Shown one piece after another: positions 36,697 to 49,300 of a DNA stretch of 64,000 nt. Every line of letters starts with the position of its first letter. The stretch's first letter is position 1. Origin of the DNA: Blepharisma stoltei ATCC 30299. Its lineage: Eukaryota; Protista; Ciliophora. The stretch covers positions 496,001 to 560,000 of the forward strand of contig CBFDEM010000039.1 in assembly GCA_965603825.1 (NCBI GenBank), written 5' to 3'. A model generated the notes under the pieces. It saw nothing but the letters and a program-made list of their open reading frames with translations, searched no databases and was not told the DNA's origin. Both the position numbers and the translations under genes were made by a program.

Positions 36697-38064
36697 ATGT
36701 CCGTAACAGACTTTGATATACTCGAAAAACTTGGCGAAGGTGCCTACTCTACCGTGTTCAAAGTCCGCCGTCGCTCAGATGGCAAAACCTACGCCCTTAA
36801 AAAGGTCCGTTTCATGCCTTTAAAAGACAAAGAAAAAGAAAACGCCGTCAACGAAGTCCGCATTTTAGCATCAATAAGTCATCCTAATGTAATTGGCTAT
36901 AAAGAAGCTTTTATTGATGAATCTACCAATACTCTATGCCTTGTTATGGAATTCGCAGATAATGGAGACTTGCTTCAAAGGATAACAAATCATCAAAAAA
37001 ATAACACCTATTTTTCAGAATCCGAAATTTGGGATATTTTTATCCAAGCTGTCAGAGGTCTAAAAGCGCTTCATGACCTTAATATCTTACATAGAGACTT
37101 GAAATGTGCCAATTTATTTATGTGTAGTGATGGCATGGTCAAGCTTGGGGATATGAATGTGTCAAAGGTGGCTAAGCTGGGCTTGGTTTATACTCAGACT
37201 GGGACTCCTTATTATGCTAGTCCTGAAGTGTGAAAAGATAAGCCTTATGACTCGAAAAGCGATATATGGAGTCTTGGGTGTGTTATATATGAAACTGCTA
37301 CTTTAAATCCGCCGTTTAGAGCTCAAGATATGAAAGGTTTGTATAGGAAAGTCATTAAAGGGGATTATCCACCACTCCCTAGTAGGTATTCGTCACAGCT
37401 GTCAGATTTGATTAAATTATTATTAAAAGTTAACCCTGCACAAAGACCTACATGTGATAATATTTTAAATTTACCTGCGGTTTCACAGAGAAATACAAGG
37501 AGAAACGTCGGGGATTTGCCAGAAAATAATTTATTAGGGACTATAAAAATCCCGAGGCAGATAAAAGGACTATCTAGCAATTTGCCAGCTGCCAGCTATG
37601 AAAAAGATAGAAGCTATCATAGTGTTCCAGCTGTTACAAAAAGAACGGGCATGAAAAAAATAAAGGACATGTCAAACGCCAGTGATACTATCACAAATAG
37701 GATTCCTAGTGAAATCCAAAGCAATAAATCAAGAGTTTATAGCGAAAAAGAACTGAGAGGGAAAGAAATGCTGCCTCAAAGAGTCATTTTGCCTGAAATT
37801 GAACCCTTGAGGCCTTATAATGCGGATAGAAGGTCGCAGAATAGAGAAGACCATGATATTAGCCAACGGCAAAGACCACAAGCTTGTAAATTCTAATTAG
37901 ATAAAGTTCCGCAAGTGGTTTCTTACTCCCCATATGCGCAAGGGACTATCGCACAGAGAATTCAAGCTTTAAAAGCTCAATATGATAATGTTCCCCCAAG
38001 CATTGGGATCCCAAGACAGCCGAATTACCAAAGACCTGTGGTGCAGCCTTCGTGATGGGGTTAA
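36697..38064 (+). CDS. NIMA-related kinase (CNK2/NRK-like)
   Basis: GEGAYS, NEVRILAS, HRDLKCAN, LGDMNVSK, TQTGTPYYASPEV-TGA(W)-KDKPY. Intron at 37886-37900; ends PSWWG. Confidence 0.92.
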
Positions 38065-38667
38065 TTGTAGATTCAATTTTAAATAAAAATAATTTTACAA
38101 AAAATATGTTTGAAAATATAAGATTTTATTATAAAAGCTCTTTAGTTGGTTTTATTAGATTGATATCTTCTTGTAAAATTTGATGCTTTGTAATGAGTAA
38201 TTGCAAAGTCCTCCTGAGCGTTTTGACAATCTCAATTTGAATAAACTAATAATTCTACAATCCTGTCCAGAGGTTTAACAAAATGCCAACGTGAAACCCA
38301 TTTTTCTTGCATCTTCCCTATTATTTCTCTAATTTCTAAAAATAAATTATTTAATAAATTAATTTTGAAATCAAAATGTATATAGTTATGGAGTGACTCA
38401 GCTGGCCTCTAAGCCCAATTATCTCAATATTAGCAATCTGCTGATTGCGTTTATGTAAAGTATTGATATCAGAAAATATACCTTAGGACAGCGAAAAAGT
38501 TAATCTTAATAAAATTGAGACTAATAAAAAATATTCCTCTTTCACAAAGTGCTTTTTTGGGTCTGAAATAAAAGGTATTAAACAGTGATTTATATTCACT
38601 GTCAAATTGGATTGAAAGGCATTTATGCATTTTTATTTTGGGTTTAAATAATTTTGATTAAAATTAA

Positions 38668-39369
38668 ATGTTTTCACTTACACAAAAATCAATTAAAATC
38701 TGCACCACCAACAAATTTTGGTCTAGATCTTGATTGTTTACAGGGAAAATTAATTATTTTTCAACACAACCCGCAAATAAAGAACGCCCAAGAGAAGATC
38801 TTAATAGAAAAGAAAATAGGAACTATGATTGTGAAATTTTTGTGGGCAATATCAATAGAGCAGTCAAAGAAAAAGATCTTTTAGAGCTTTTTCGGGCTTT
38901 TGGTAACCCAATTTTGTCGAAAGCATTAAATTCTAGGTCAGGGGACAGAACAAGCTACACATTTATTTCTTTTGATGATGAATCGCAAGCAAAAAAATCT
39001 TTAAAGATGAATGGAGTTGATTTTATGGGCTCTCCTTTAAAAATCACACTATCAACAGATAGGCCAAGATCAGAAGAAAGCAAAACTAGGCCTGAAAACA
39101 GAGACCCATCCAAATGTGTTTATGTTGGAAATCTCAGCTATTTAATAAACGAAACTTTATTGGGGGATTTATTTTCAAAATTTGGTAAAGTTGAAATGAT
39201 AAGGCTTAATCCTGGAAGATTTGGCCATAAATTCGCATTTGTGCAGTTTTCAAATCAAGATGAAGCAAAAGAAGCATTACAGCTCCATGGCAAAGATTTT
39301 CAAGGAAAGACACTAAATGTCAAACCAGCAGTGGCAAATAAACCAGAAAATAATACAAAATCAGGCTAA
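38668..39369 (+). CDS. Two-RRM RNA-binding protein, possibly mitochondrial
   Basis: IFVGNI/VYVGNL RNP2 and FAFVQF RNP1; ATG 38668 in frame via a TGA; presequence-like N-terminus. Confidence 0.85.
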
Positions 39370-39469
39370 ATAATGCAATAGCAGTTGATCATAGTGAATT
39401 TTATTTAGAATGTAAAATAACTCTTTGACCTAGTAATCTTGTAAACAAAGAAAACTTAATAAAATAGTA

Positions 39470-39889
39470 ATGCTAGGATTGCTTCCTTTCCAAATAATTG
39501 AAGTTCGACCCTCTATACGCCTAAACAAGCTTTTTTCTAAGCTTCGATTTCTTTGTGCACTACAAGGTATGCTCGGACTATTTCAGTCAATATATAGTCC
39601 TGTTGGAGGACTAATTATGCTGGTATCTTTATTGCTTCTTTACTGCATAACTATTCGTAAAAACTGAGTCCTCTGTATAACTTATATTATTATATCCTTA
39701 ACTGATATTTACACTGAATGAAAACTCATTGAAGGTTTCTGCTTTTCCAATGAAAGAAAACATCATTTTATCCCTGGCGTTTCCTATGTGAAACTATTTT
39801 TTCACGTAATTGCTGTATATATTGTTTTCCTTACGTATCGAGAACTTAAAGCATTACATATAGAACTGCTGTGGAGAAATAGAATTTAA
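39470..39889 (+). CDS. Small multi-pass membrane protein
   Basis: 139 aa with TGA=W and several hydrophobic segments. Confidence 0.65.
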
Positions 39890-39929
39890 TTAATTTTAAA
39901 TAATTTTTATAATCATTAAAAACTAAAAT

Positions 39930-41876
39930 ATGCTATTCGAAGACCCAGAGTTCGGTCCAAATGAGTATTCTATATATGGAGAAAACCCAACGATAGACAT
40001 CTCGTATAAAATTCAATGAAAAAGGCTTGTAGAAGTGCTAGGGATACTTACAAGACTATTTTCTGACGAGATGGTTTTCACTGATATAACTCAAGGGCGC
40101 CTAGGTAACTGCTGGATCGTCAGCGCTATAATTGCATTAACAGAGATGCAGCCTTTTAAAATATGAGTCATGTTTGACCAAGATAAAGCAAATCATAAGA
40201 AAGGAAAATACATTATAAGGTTTTATGAGCATGGCGAGCTCAGAAAAGTCGTCGTTGATGATTTAGTACCATGCTGCGCAGACACAGGTAAGCCTATTTT
40301 CGGCATGAGTAATTGGATTGATAAGTGGTGGCCACTATTAGAAAAAGCTTATGCAAAAGTGTATGGCTCTTATTTAGCTTTAGTAGCTGGATTTACTCAT
40401 GAAGCCTTTATGGATCTGACAGGGCTTCCTTCATTTAAATATGATATAAACAAAAATGAAGCTGATAATATTAAGCGTAGGCTTATTATGAATTGTCGCA
40501 AGCAATTCCCAATGGTAGCTTCTACTAAGTGTGGTATTAGTGAAAGTTTTGGAATGAGACCAAATCACTGCTATACAATATTAAGAACAATTCAAGCAGA
40601 TGGCTATTTTCTTATTAATTTGAGAAACCCTTCAGGATACAGCATGTGGAGCGGAGATTTTAGTCTGAACTCTGAACTCTGGACTCAAAGTATCATAAAT
40701 ACAATAGAAAGAGTTTGGTCACACTTCAATTTAAGAGATGGTAGCTTCTGGATGGAATATGCAGATTTTTTGATGTATTTTGATGTCCTTTATGTATGCA
40801 ATATAGAGCTTGGTAAAGAAAAACGCGAAAAAAATATTTTTAAAAAAGTTAAAAAAGGAGTCGGCTCAAAAGCGACATTTTACTATAAAGTAACTGTTGG
40901 AGAAGAAGGAGCAGAAGTCGTGTTTGGGCTTCACCAAGAAGACGAAAGAAGTGTAGGGGTTAAAGAATGCAGAAAATACTTAGATCTAGGGATTTCAGTG
41001 ATGAGATTAGATGACAAAAAATATAAGCCATATTGCTGCTCTAAACAAACTGCTCTAAGTAGAGACTCACAATTGCAGATGTTCTTGCCTCAAGGAGAAT
41101 ATATAGTTGTCCCAATCAGTTCTGGGACATCTTTAACTAGACCGAAAAATTCTTGAAAAAAATGTTTCCCTTTAATTGCTGATAAATCAAAAATGCATCC
41201 TCTATTTAAAAGCGCAATAAAGGATATTTTCCGAAGGGCTGATATCCAAATGGAGCAATCTGTGGGCTACAAAGAATTTATGGCTGTATACCACAAAGTA
41301 GACGAATTTATTACTGAAGAATATTTTAATGAGGAAATATGTGGGACCTTTGGAAAACATAATCGACTGACTCTAAATGGCTTTTACCAGTTTTTTTGTG
41401 ACCAAGCCCTAGAGGATGAAGAGGAGACAAGAAAAACTTTTAAATGACTAGGCTATGATAAAGATTTTTACAGTGAAAAGTGAAGAACCGTAGTATTTAC
41501 TCTACATTCAAATAAAGATGTTGATTTAGAGACACAAAGATTAAATGAAGAAACAAACTTGAAAGCTTGGAAATCAATGGCAAAACTTCATGGGGAAGTT
41601 GAACGCTCTAAAAATGTAGATATTTATAAAATAAAGCAATCAGACGGTTGGTCTATCCTAGCACATAACAAGTCCGCTGAAGTGATATCCATAAAATCAG
41701 ATTTCAGTGAGTCTTCTAATGTGAATTTTGCTACAGGGTCTGAGAAATGCGAAAATCTTCTGGGCCCTGGATCCTGACAAATAATTCAGCATTTATTTCG
41801 AAAGGATGAAAATTTAAATGCTGAGTGCAGAAAGAACTTTATGTTCCATAAAAAAATTAATGTTAATTATATATAA
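39930..41876 (+). CDS. Calpain-like cysteine protease, copy 1
   Basis: FEDPEF, QGRLGNCW, LLEKAYAK, NHCY, LRNPSG; EF-hand-like region; multiple TGA=W. Confidence 0.9.
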
Positions 41877-41927
41877 TTCATAAACAAATATACAGAAAAA
41901 TTAATTTACTCGGATATGATAAGAAAT

Positions 41928-43871
41928 ATGCTATATGAAGACCCTTATTTCGGCCCAAATGAGTATTCTATTTACGGAGATAGCCCAAATAGAACCATAC
42001 CATACGAAATTCAATGAATAAGGCCTCATCAGATTTTAGGGCCAGCTGCAAGGCTATTTTCTGACGAAATGGTCTCCGATGACATAAAGCAAGGATATTT
42101 AGGTAACTGCTGATTTATCAGTGATATGATTGCATTGATAGAGCACCCTATGAAAATAGCCGGCTTATTTGGCACTGATGAATTAGAGCACAGCCAAGGA
42201 AAATATCACATAAGGCTTTGCAAAAACGGCGAAATCATCAATGTCGTCATTGATGATTTAATACCGTGCATTGCAGGCACAGACACACCAATTTTTACCA
42301 AAAGTAACTGGGTTGATTTTTGGATGCTATTATTAGAAAAAGCTTATGCAAAGGTGCATGGTTCTTATTTATCTTTAAAAGGAGGATTCGCTCATGAAGC
42401 CTTTATGGACTTGACTGGGCTTCCTTCATTTAGATACGAAATTGACATAATTCAAGAAAAAGACGAGGTTGAAGAATTTTTATTGAAACTTATTGACTGA
42501 AACAGTAAAAAATTCCCAATGGTAGCTTCCACAAGAAGCGGAATCCAAGATAATTCAGGATTGTCCCCAACTCACTGTTATACAATAATAAGAGTAGTTC
42601 AAACAGGCAATTTTTTGCTTATAAACTTGAGAAATCCATGGGGAAGAGCCAGCTGAACAGGAGATTTTAATCCTCGGTCCGACTGCTGAACTCAAGAAAT
42701 AATCGAAAAAGTTAACCAAAATGGGCGTCTTAACTTAGACGATGGGAGTTTCTGGATGAAATATGAAGATTTTTTGATATATTTTAACGTCCTTTATCTA
42801 TGCAATATCGAGCTTGAAATAGAAAAACGTGAAAGAAACATTTTTAAAAAAATTGAAGGAATCGGCTCACAAGCTTTATGATGCTATATGATCACTGTAA
42901 GAGAAAACGACACAGAAATTGTCCTTGGGATTCACCAAGAAGATGAAAGAAGTGTAGGAGTAAAAAAATATAGGAAATATTTAGACTTAGGAATAGTAGT
43001 AATGAGCTATGATGGCAATGTCTATATGCCTTACCGCTGCTCAGAAAAAATGCTGACTGATAGAGATCTACAAATGGAGCTCTCTTTACCTCAAGGAAAA
43101 TATTTAATTACACCTATAAGCTCTGGGACAGCTTTTACGAGGCCTAGTGATTCTGAAAAACAAGTATTTCCTTTGATTACTGAAGAAGGAAGTATGCATC
43201 CTTTATTTCAAAGCACAATAAAAGATATTTTCCGAAGGACTGATATACATATGAACCAAGCTGTAAATTACCAAGAATTCATGACTATGTACTCTAGAAT
43301 TGAACCAGACCTTACTGAGGATGAATTTACTAGCATTCTCTGCAGGACTTATGATAGCAATAGCAACCGGCTTACCTTAAATGGCTTCTATGAATTTTTT
43401 ATGGCCCAGACACTAGATAAAGGTGAAGAAACAATAAGAAATTGCTTATCATTACTAGGATATGACAGCGATTTTTATAGTTTGCAATCAAGAGCTGTAG
43501 TATTCACAATGCACTCAAATAAATATGTGGATTTAGTGACACATAGCTTAACTGAGCAAATGAACTTACAAGCATGAATGTCGGTGGCTCTGCTAAAAGG
43601 AAAAATTGATGCGAATGTTTTAAATGTAAAAGTTTATAAAATAGTAAAATCAGGAGGATTCACAATACTAGCCCATAATGAGTCAGCTTCCATTATGAGT
43701 ATAACTTCAGATTTCAGCAGGTCTTATAATTTGATTTTTTCTTCAGGGTCAGCTATTTGTGAAAACGTACTCGATGCAGGGTCTTGGCAAATAATCCAAC
43801 ATTTAGTTTGCAGGGATTTAAAATCAGAATACCAGATATCTTATTATGTAAACGTTAGAAGCATTTCTTAA
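41928..43871 (+). CDS. Calpain-like cysteine protease, copy 2
   Basis: YEDPYF, QGYLGNC-TGA(W), THCY, LRNPWG; colinear with copy 1. Confidence 0.9.
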
Positions 43872-43915
43872 GAATTCTTATTAATAAAACATTTTTATTT
43901 GAGATAATTATTTAT

Positions 43916-44623
43916 TTATCTCTTAAGGACCAATTCTGGATTGCCTCCCATAATTCTTATTTCTTGCAGCTCATATCTTCTTTTCTCTTCTTCAGTCACG
44001 TGAGGAAAGTACTCCACTGAATATCCTACATCGCCTCTTAGTCTACTGAATGAATAAGATCTCGCGCCTGCAATAAGTAGCCCAACTGTGGCTCCTATAA
44101 GTGAGTACCGGAAAGGAGCCATCATACTCCCTGTCATTTTTCCTAGAATTGCTCCATCAATTGCTCCTAAAACTCCGAACTTAGTAAAAATATTTGCATC
44201 AAACATATGGTCAAATAATTCTGAGGTAAAGCAAACCCAAAATCCGAAAACTCCTCCTATAATTCCATACTGCGGGGTGAAGTTCCTAAAGGTGATTTTT
44301 GCGAGCTCACTAGGAATAAATTCAGATGGTCTAAAAGCCATTGCCACTTTACGGTAGAGGTAAGGAGAATGAGTTGTCATAGGATGAATAATTGAGGCTC
44401 CAATGAGAGTGCCAAAGATTGCGCCTTCTACCAAGGGGTAGCTGAAGTGGAGAACGTAATTTCTTGAGTGCTTCCAATCATGAAGAAATTCTCTTAAGGT
44501 GTATTGATCTGAGTGATATGGATCTGGGTAATTGCCTCTACGACTCTGGTGTCTGAGACTTCTTTTTTCTTGGCCTGTAAGACCTGTAAATACTGGAGAG
44601 TTTGATGAGGCTGAATTTCCCAT
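43916..44623 (-). CDS. Gly-rich multi-TM protein, possibly Tim17/Tim22/NDUFA11-like
   Basis: Four GxxxG-rich hydrophobic helices; the family call is an inference. Confidence 0.55.
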   Translation of the reverse strand: MGNSASSNSPVFTGLTGQEKRSLRHQSRRGNYPDPYHSDQYTLREFLHDWKHSRNYVLHFSYPLVEGAIFGTLIGASIIHPMTTHSPYLYRKVAMAFRPSEFIPSELAKITFRNFTPQYGIIGGVFGFWVCFTSELFDHMFDANIFTKFGVLGAIDGAILGKMTGSMMAPFRYSLIGATVGLLIAGARSYSFSRLRGDVGYSVEYFPHVTEEEKRRYELQEIRIMGGNPELVLKR

Positions 44624-45422
44624 GGAAATTTATTATTATTTTGGTTTAGTAATTGGGAATTTGAGATTTAAATGTAAAATTATTATGAAGCATACATAGG
44701 TAGCTTAAAATATATCCTTATGATTTCATATTGTATTAATTAGAATAGAATAATAAAATAGCTGATGACCCAAATAGTTTGATGTGCTTAAGAATGGCGA
44801 AAAGGAAGAAATTACAACATTTAGACATCGATGATCATGGGGAAAGTTGCTGAATTAAAGGGATTGGGATCGAATCTCAACTTATCGTTCGGCATCATAA
44901 ACTCAACTTCGGTAATAGGACTTGCCTCTTTGATTTTAGAAACCATCAGGTTTCAACACTTGCCATTCATAAGGGAGGATTCTTAGGCACACAATAAGAG
45001 TCGATTAAGAGAGAGGAAAACAAATCCTATATAAATTGAAAATTCATAAAAATATTTTGGTAAAGAAGAGCACTTAAAGCGAAAAATATTTTATAAAATT
45101 AATTTTTAATTTTCTATTGGTTAAAAATAGTATTTATTTCGTTCTCAAATTTGGCCTGCAAACAAAAATCTCATAAATTACCTCCAGCAATTTCAAAATA
45201 TATGTAAAAATTAATATAAAATCGATATATTATCTCTAAATATCGGTAAAAATTACTATACAGTAATAAATAATTATATTTGAACTCTAATTGCTAATAG
45301 AAAATAAAAATTAGATACAAAAAATCCCTTTCTAAAGTAGTCTACAAACAGCTTTAACAATTCTTAATAGGGCTACTGACTAAAATGGAGAAAATAGATC
45401 GCGATCTTGAGTCTAATAATTT

Positions 45423-46073
45423 ATGGATATCAGACTCTTTGCAACGTTTACTACTGAATCACATGCAAAAGTTGAGAAAAAACACCAAAAACGAAGAAGC
45501 TCAACCGGAGAGTGCTTCCTCAATGTGACATCTAAAATCCAAATGAAAAAAAGGTTTTCTTTAGATTTTACCTGCCTGAATTATTTCACCAAAAATATCG
45601 ATACCATCTCCAGCAATTCAAGCCCTAGAAGCCAAATTTCTTGTAGAATCTGCTTAGATAGCTCAAGGCGAGACGAGTTAATTGCTCCTTGCAAGTGTAA
45701 AGGCTCCTTAAAATTTGTCCATAAGTCATGTCTAAAGCAGTGGTTAGACGCATGTCCTAAACAGGATGACGAAGCTCATTTTTGTGAGCTCTGCAAGTGT
45801 AAGCTTGATATTAAGTTTAGGTATATATGAAGCTATAGAAAAAACTGTTCAAAAAACTCGTCGTTGGTGATTTCGATGATCATCTCATTTTTGGTTATTT
45901 TTTCATTATTAGCACTTATTGGGGCAAAAGTCAGCTCTGGAGAGATGGATTCAATGCTAACAACTTTATTTGTACTTCTAGCGCTAGCAATGATGTTTTG
46001 TTTTGGAGTTACCACGCTTTCACTAAAAAGCCAGTGCTTAAGGCTTTCTGTTATAGACTGGGAATCAGCTTAA
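45423..46073 (+). CDS. MARCH-type RING-CH E3 ligase with 2 TM helices
   Basis: CRIC..PCKCKGSLKFVHKSCLKQW..CELC; TGA=W at 45828 joins the TM part. Confidence 0.9.
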
Positions 46074-46366
46074 TTTTTGAATTAATTTTTTTAATTATAA
46101 GTGTTTAGTTTAATATTTCCAAATTCTTAGATTTAATTATTATGATTTTAGTAACATTTTTTAGCATTTTCTAAAAATATTAATCAATTTTATCTTAAAT
46201 TATTTTTGGTTTCTCTATAATACCATATTTGATTTAAATAATGAAATAGTTATCTTTATTGTCGCTTATTAAAATTCTTCACTTTTAATTAATTTTCTAA
46301 TAAATCCTTTAAAAATTCTACAGCTTTACTAGAAGATATTTCAACAAATAATAAATTACCTTGAAA

Positions 46367-49300
46367 ATGGAAAGACTTGAGACCACAGTCCTTGCCAATT
46401 TTAGAAAAGTTTCCTTTGTCGAGAGAGCTTTATGATACATCAACTCAACTAGACATCCTGAATCTGCCTGAAGCAGCAATATAGCACATATGTCAGGGAG
46501 CAGTAATATTACACCTAACACAATCACCACTTTTCACTATACAAAGTATCGAATTATCATAATGATAGATTTGCCTCCTTCTGTATTTTCCTATAATTCC
46601 AAACACAATGATTTTACTATCAATTTGATTCCATCAGTAGTCAAAAAATTTTTAGAATTTTTATATGAAAATTCAGCTGACATAAATGCCAAAATCGACT
46701 TAGGAATTATTTGTGTCAGAATGCCTAATGAGCCTATAAAAGTTGTAGTCCAATCCTACCGTTTACAGCACTTTGAAGACTCTATCGACATAGTTGACCA
46801 GCTCTCTTTCTATTTACATGGAATTCAGTCAGAAATAGGGAACACAATTTCGTCCTTATACTCCAATGAGAGATTGGAAGGCGGAATTGAATTCACCACA
46901 AGCTTAAAATGAAGCCTTTTCGCTTTAAATTTAATGGATGACGATGCCTTGCCTATGGTTGTGTATATCACAGACGCTGTTAATTGCAATTTGGTACTAG
47001 GGATTTATGATGGATTAGTAATGCAGTATTGCAGGGCTGACGTGGCTTTCCACATAATAAACTTATCAGACGGAACTGGGTCTTATTCCAGTCAGTTTGG
47101 ATATTTACCAGACCCTATGAATATAAAATTGATGGCAAAAGCGACAGGCGGGATTTATATGACCCCAAGCAACATGCATGAAAAAACCAAGCTTATTTTG
47201 GAGAGAAAAATATTTTTGACTGCTAAAAGAGATACTTATTATGACGGTAACGAAAACTTGCAGTGCTCACAGTTTGAAGAGTATTGTGTTCCAATGCCTC
47301 ATATAATTTTAGTCCAATGCACCCTCAGAGAAGGCTTCATGCTGAAAAATATTGATGGAGAAAAAATAATTTTATGGTTTAACTGCCACTGCAGCACAAA
47401 AATCGAATATATTATTTATCCAATTGACAATGATAAAAGCACTATTCAAATTAATATTATAGGAAGACCTAAGCTTTTCAAAAAATTAAAAATGAAAGGG
47501 TTGACGTCTCCTCTTTTGTCAAAAGAATCTAAGCCTTCATTAGCAGCAAGAGTTATATGGCTAATACAGAATATGAAGGAAACAGAACAGACTGCATTAA
47601 ATTTATATCAAGGGATAACCAGGAATGATATAAGATATTTAGGAGATAAAATGGTAAATATCCATTTATCCAAATGGCATAGGTGGTTCCATGTAGAAAG
47701 CCTAGATCTTATTATCGTCAAATTAAACCAAAATCAGCCGAATTATGGAAGAGAAAAAGTCAGAGATAAAATCAAGACCTTAGGAAGCGGCTGCTTTATG
47801 GACGACATGTACATAGAAATTGTCGAAAAAACTGGAATTTTCGCTGCAAAAATTAATTGGGAAATCTATAATAAAGCAGCCATTTATTTTGCGTTTTTTG
47901 AGTGCTCAACTGAATTTCGGCTTGAAAAATTAGAATCAATTTATAGCAGCTTAAAAAAATCCTGCCAAGAAGTATTCGAAAGACCTATGTGCAAAGCAAT
48001 AGTAGAGGAAGCTCCAGCCCAAAAAAAGAGCTACTGGTCTAAAGTTTATTCAGTCTTTACTTATAGGCCACACAGTAAGGCTATTAAATCGTTTATGTTC
48101 AAATGCATCAGAAGGCAGCACCTCTACACAATGAGATCTGCCCAGCTTATGATAAATATTTTATTTGCGTCAAGACTAAAACAAGGTTTTTATTCTATAG
48201 GGTACTGTGAAAGAGACAAATATTTATTATTAAAACCATTAGAAGTAGAAATAGACAACAGAAGCCAAAGCTTTTTTATTCAGTATTTAATTTATATTGA
48301 AAAAACTGAAGTTGTTACAGAATTATATGTAGAGCCTGCTCTGGCTAGTTTTTATGATAAATTTGAGTATGATTTATTACAAGAAATTAAAGAAGAATAT
48401 GAGACTTATGACGATTTTATGTATAGCTCTATTTTTTGCCTAGATTTTTTGATATATAAATGCTTAGAACATAAGCTCGATAATGGAAGCCTAGACGATA
48501 CTATGAGCAGCGATGACTATGACACAAAAGTCATAGAAATCTCTGAAGACGATGACTTATTTTGCTATATTCAAGTAGAAGACTTAAGTAAAGCTGAAAA
48601 CTATGACGAAATCAAAGCGCAGACTTATGAAAAAATGTATGAGGTCATGAACTCTTTTCAAAATTTCTGCAATTGCATCCCAAAACTGCCATATTTGTTA
48701 AAACACTCAAATTACTATTCATTGGATTTGGAAGTTTTTTCTTCAGAGCATATCTATGCATCAGAATCTTATAGATCAGCCCTTGGCAGACTTTATTCTA
48801 ATACTTTGACAGCGTTTATTGATATGTCAGATTATCAGGACTGTTTGGACTCTGTGCATCATTTTGTGAGATATATAAATTCTAATACAATTTTAATATG
48901 GCTTTTGCCTAGTTTTGAAGAATTTTTGTATGCTTTAAGCTGCTCAAAGAAAAGCTTTCCAATTTATCTATATGAATGCAGCCAGCATAAGCTAGATACT
49001 ATGAATATTGATAAAAGAAGACAGTCCGCCCCAATTGTCCTGCTCCAGCAGAACACAACACTATGCAGGTCTATTCAACTTCTCCAAAGAATCTATAAAG
49101 CTGTGCTAAATGGAACTTATTACCAAGCATTAAAAAACGAAGAATTACTCGCCACCTTTGAAGATATGGAAAGGCTTGTTTCCTGCTGCGAAATCAGCAC
49201 CTACACAATAGAAATTTCAATAATTTACAACCATCTCCACAAGCAGTGGGACTCCCTTGAAGACCTTTCTAAATGCTTAATTTCTCGCAGTCTTGAGCTG

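Noticed and set aside
38142-38312. 56-aa minus-strand ORF (MQEKWVSRWHF...)
   Set aside because: No recognisable motif; cannot be distinguished from chance without expression data.
45385-45433. Upstream ATG plus a 23-nt intron extending the MARCH gene
   Set aside because: Length and 5' sequence (GTCT) do not fit the 15-16 nt GTAA consensus.
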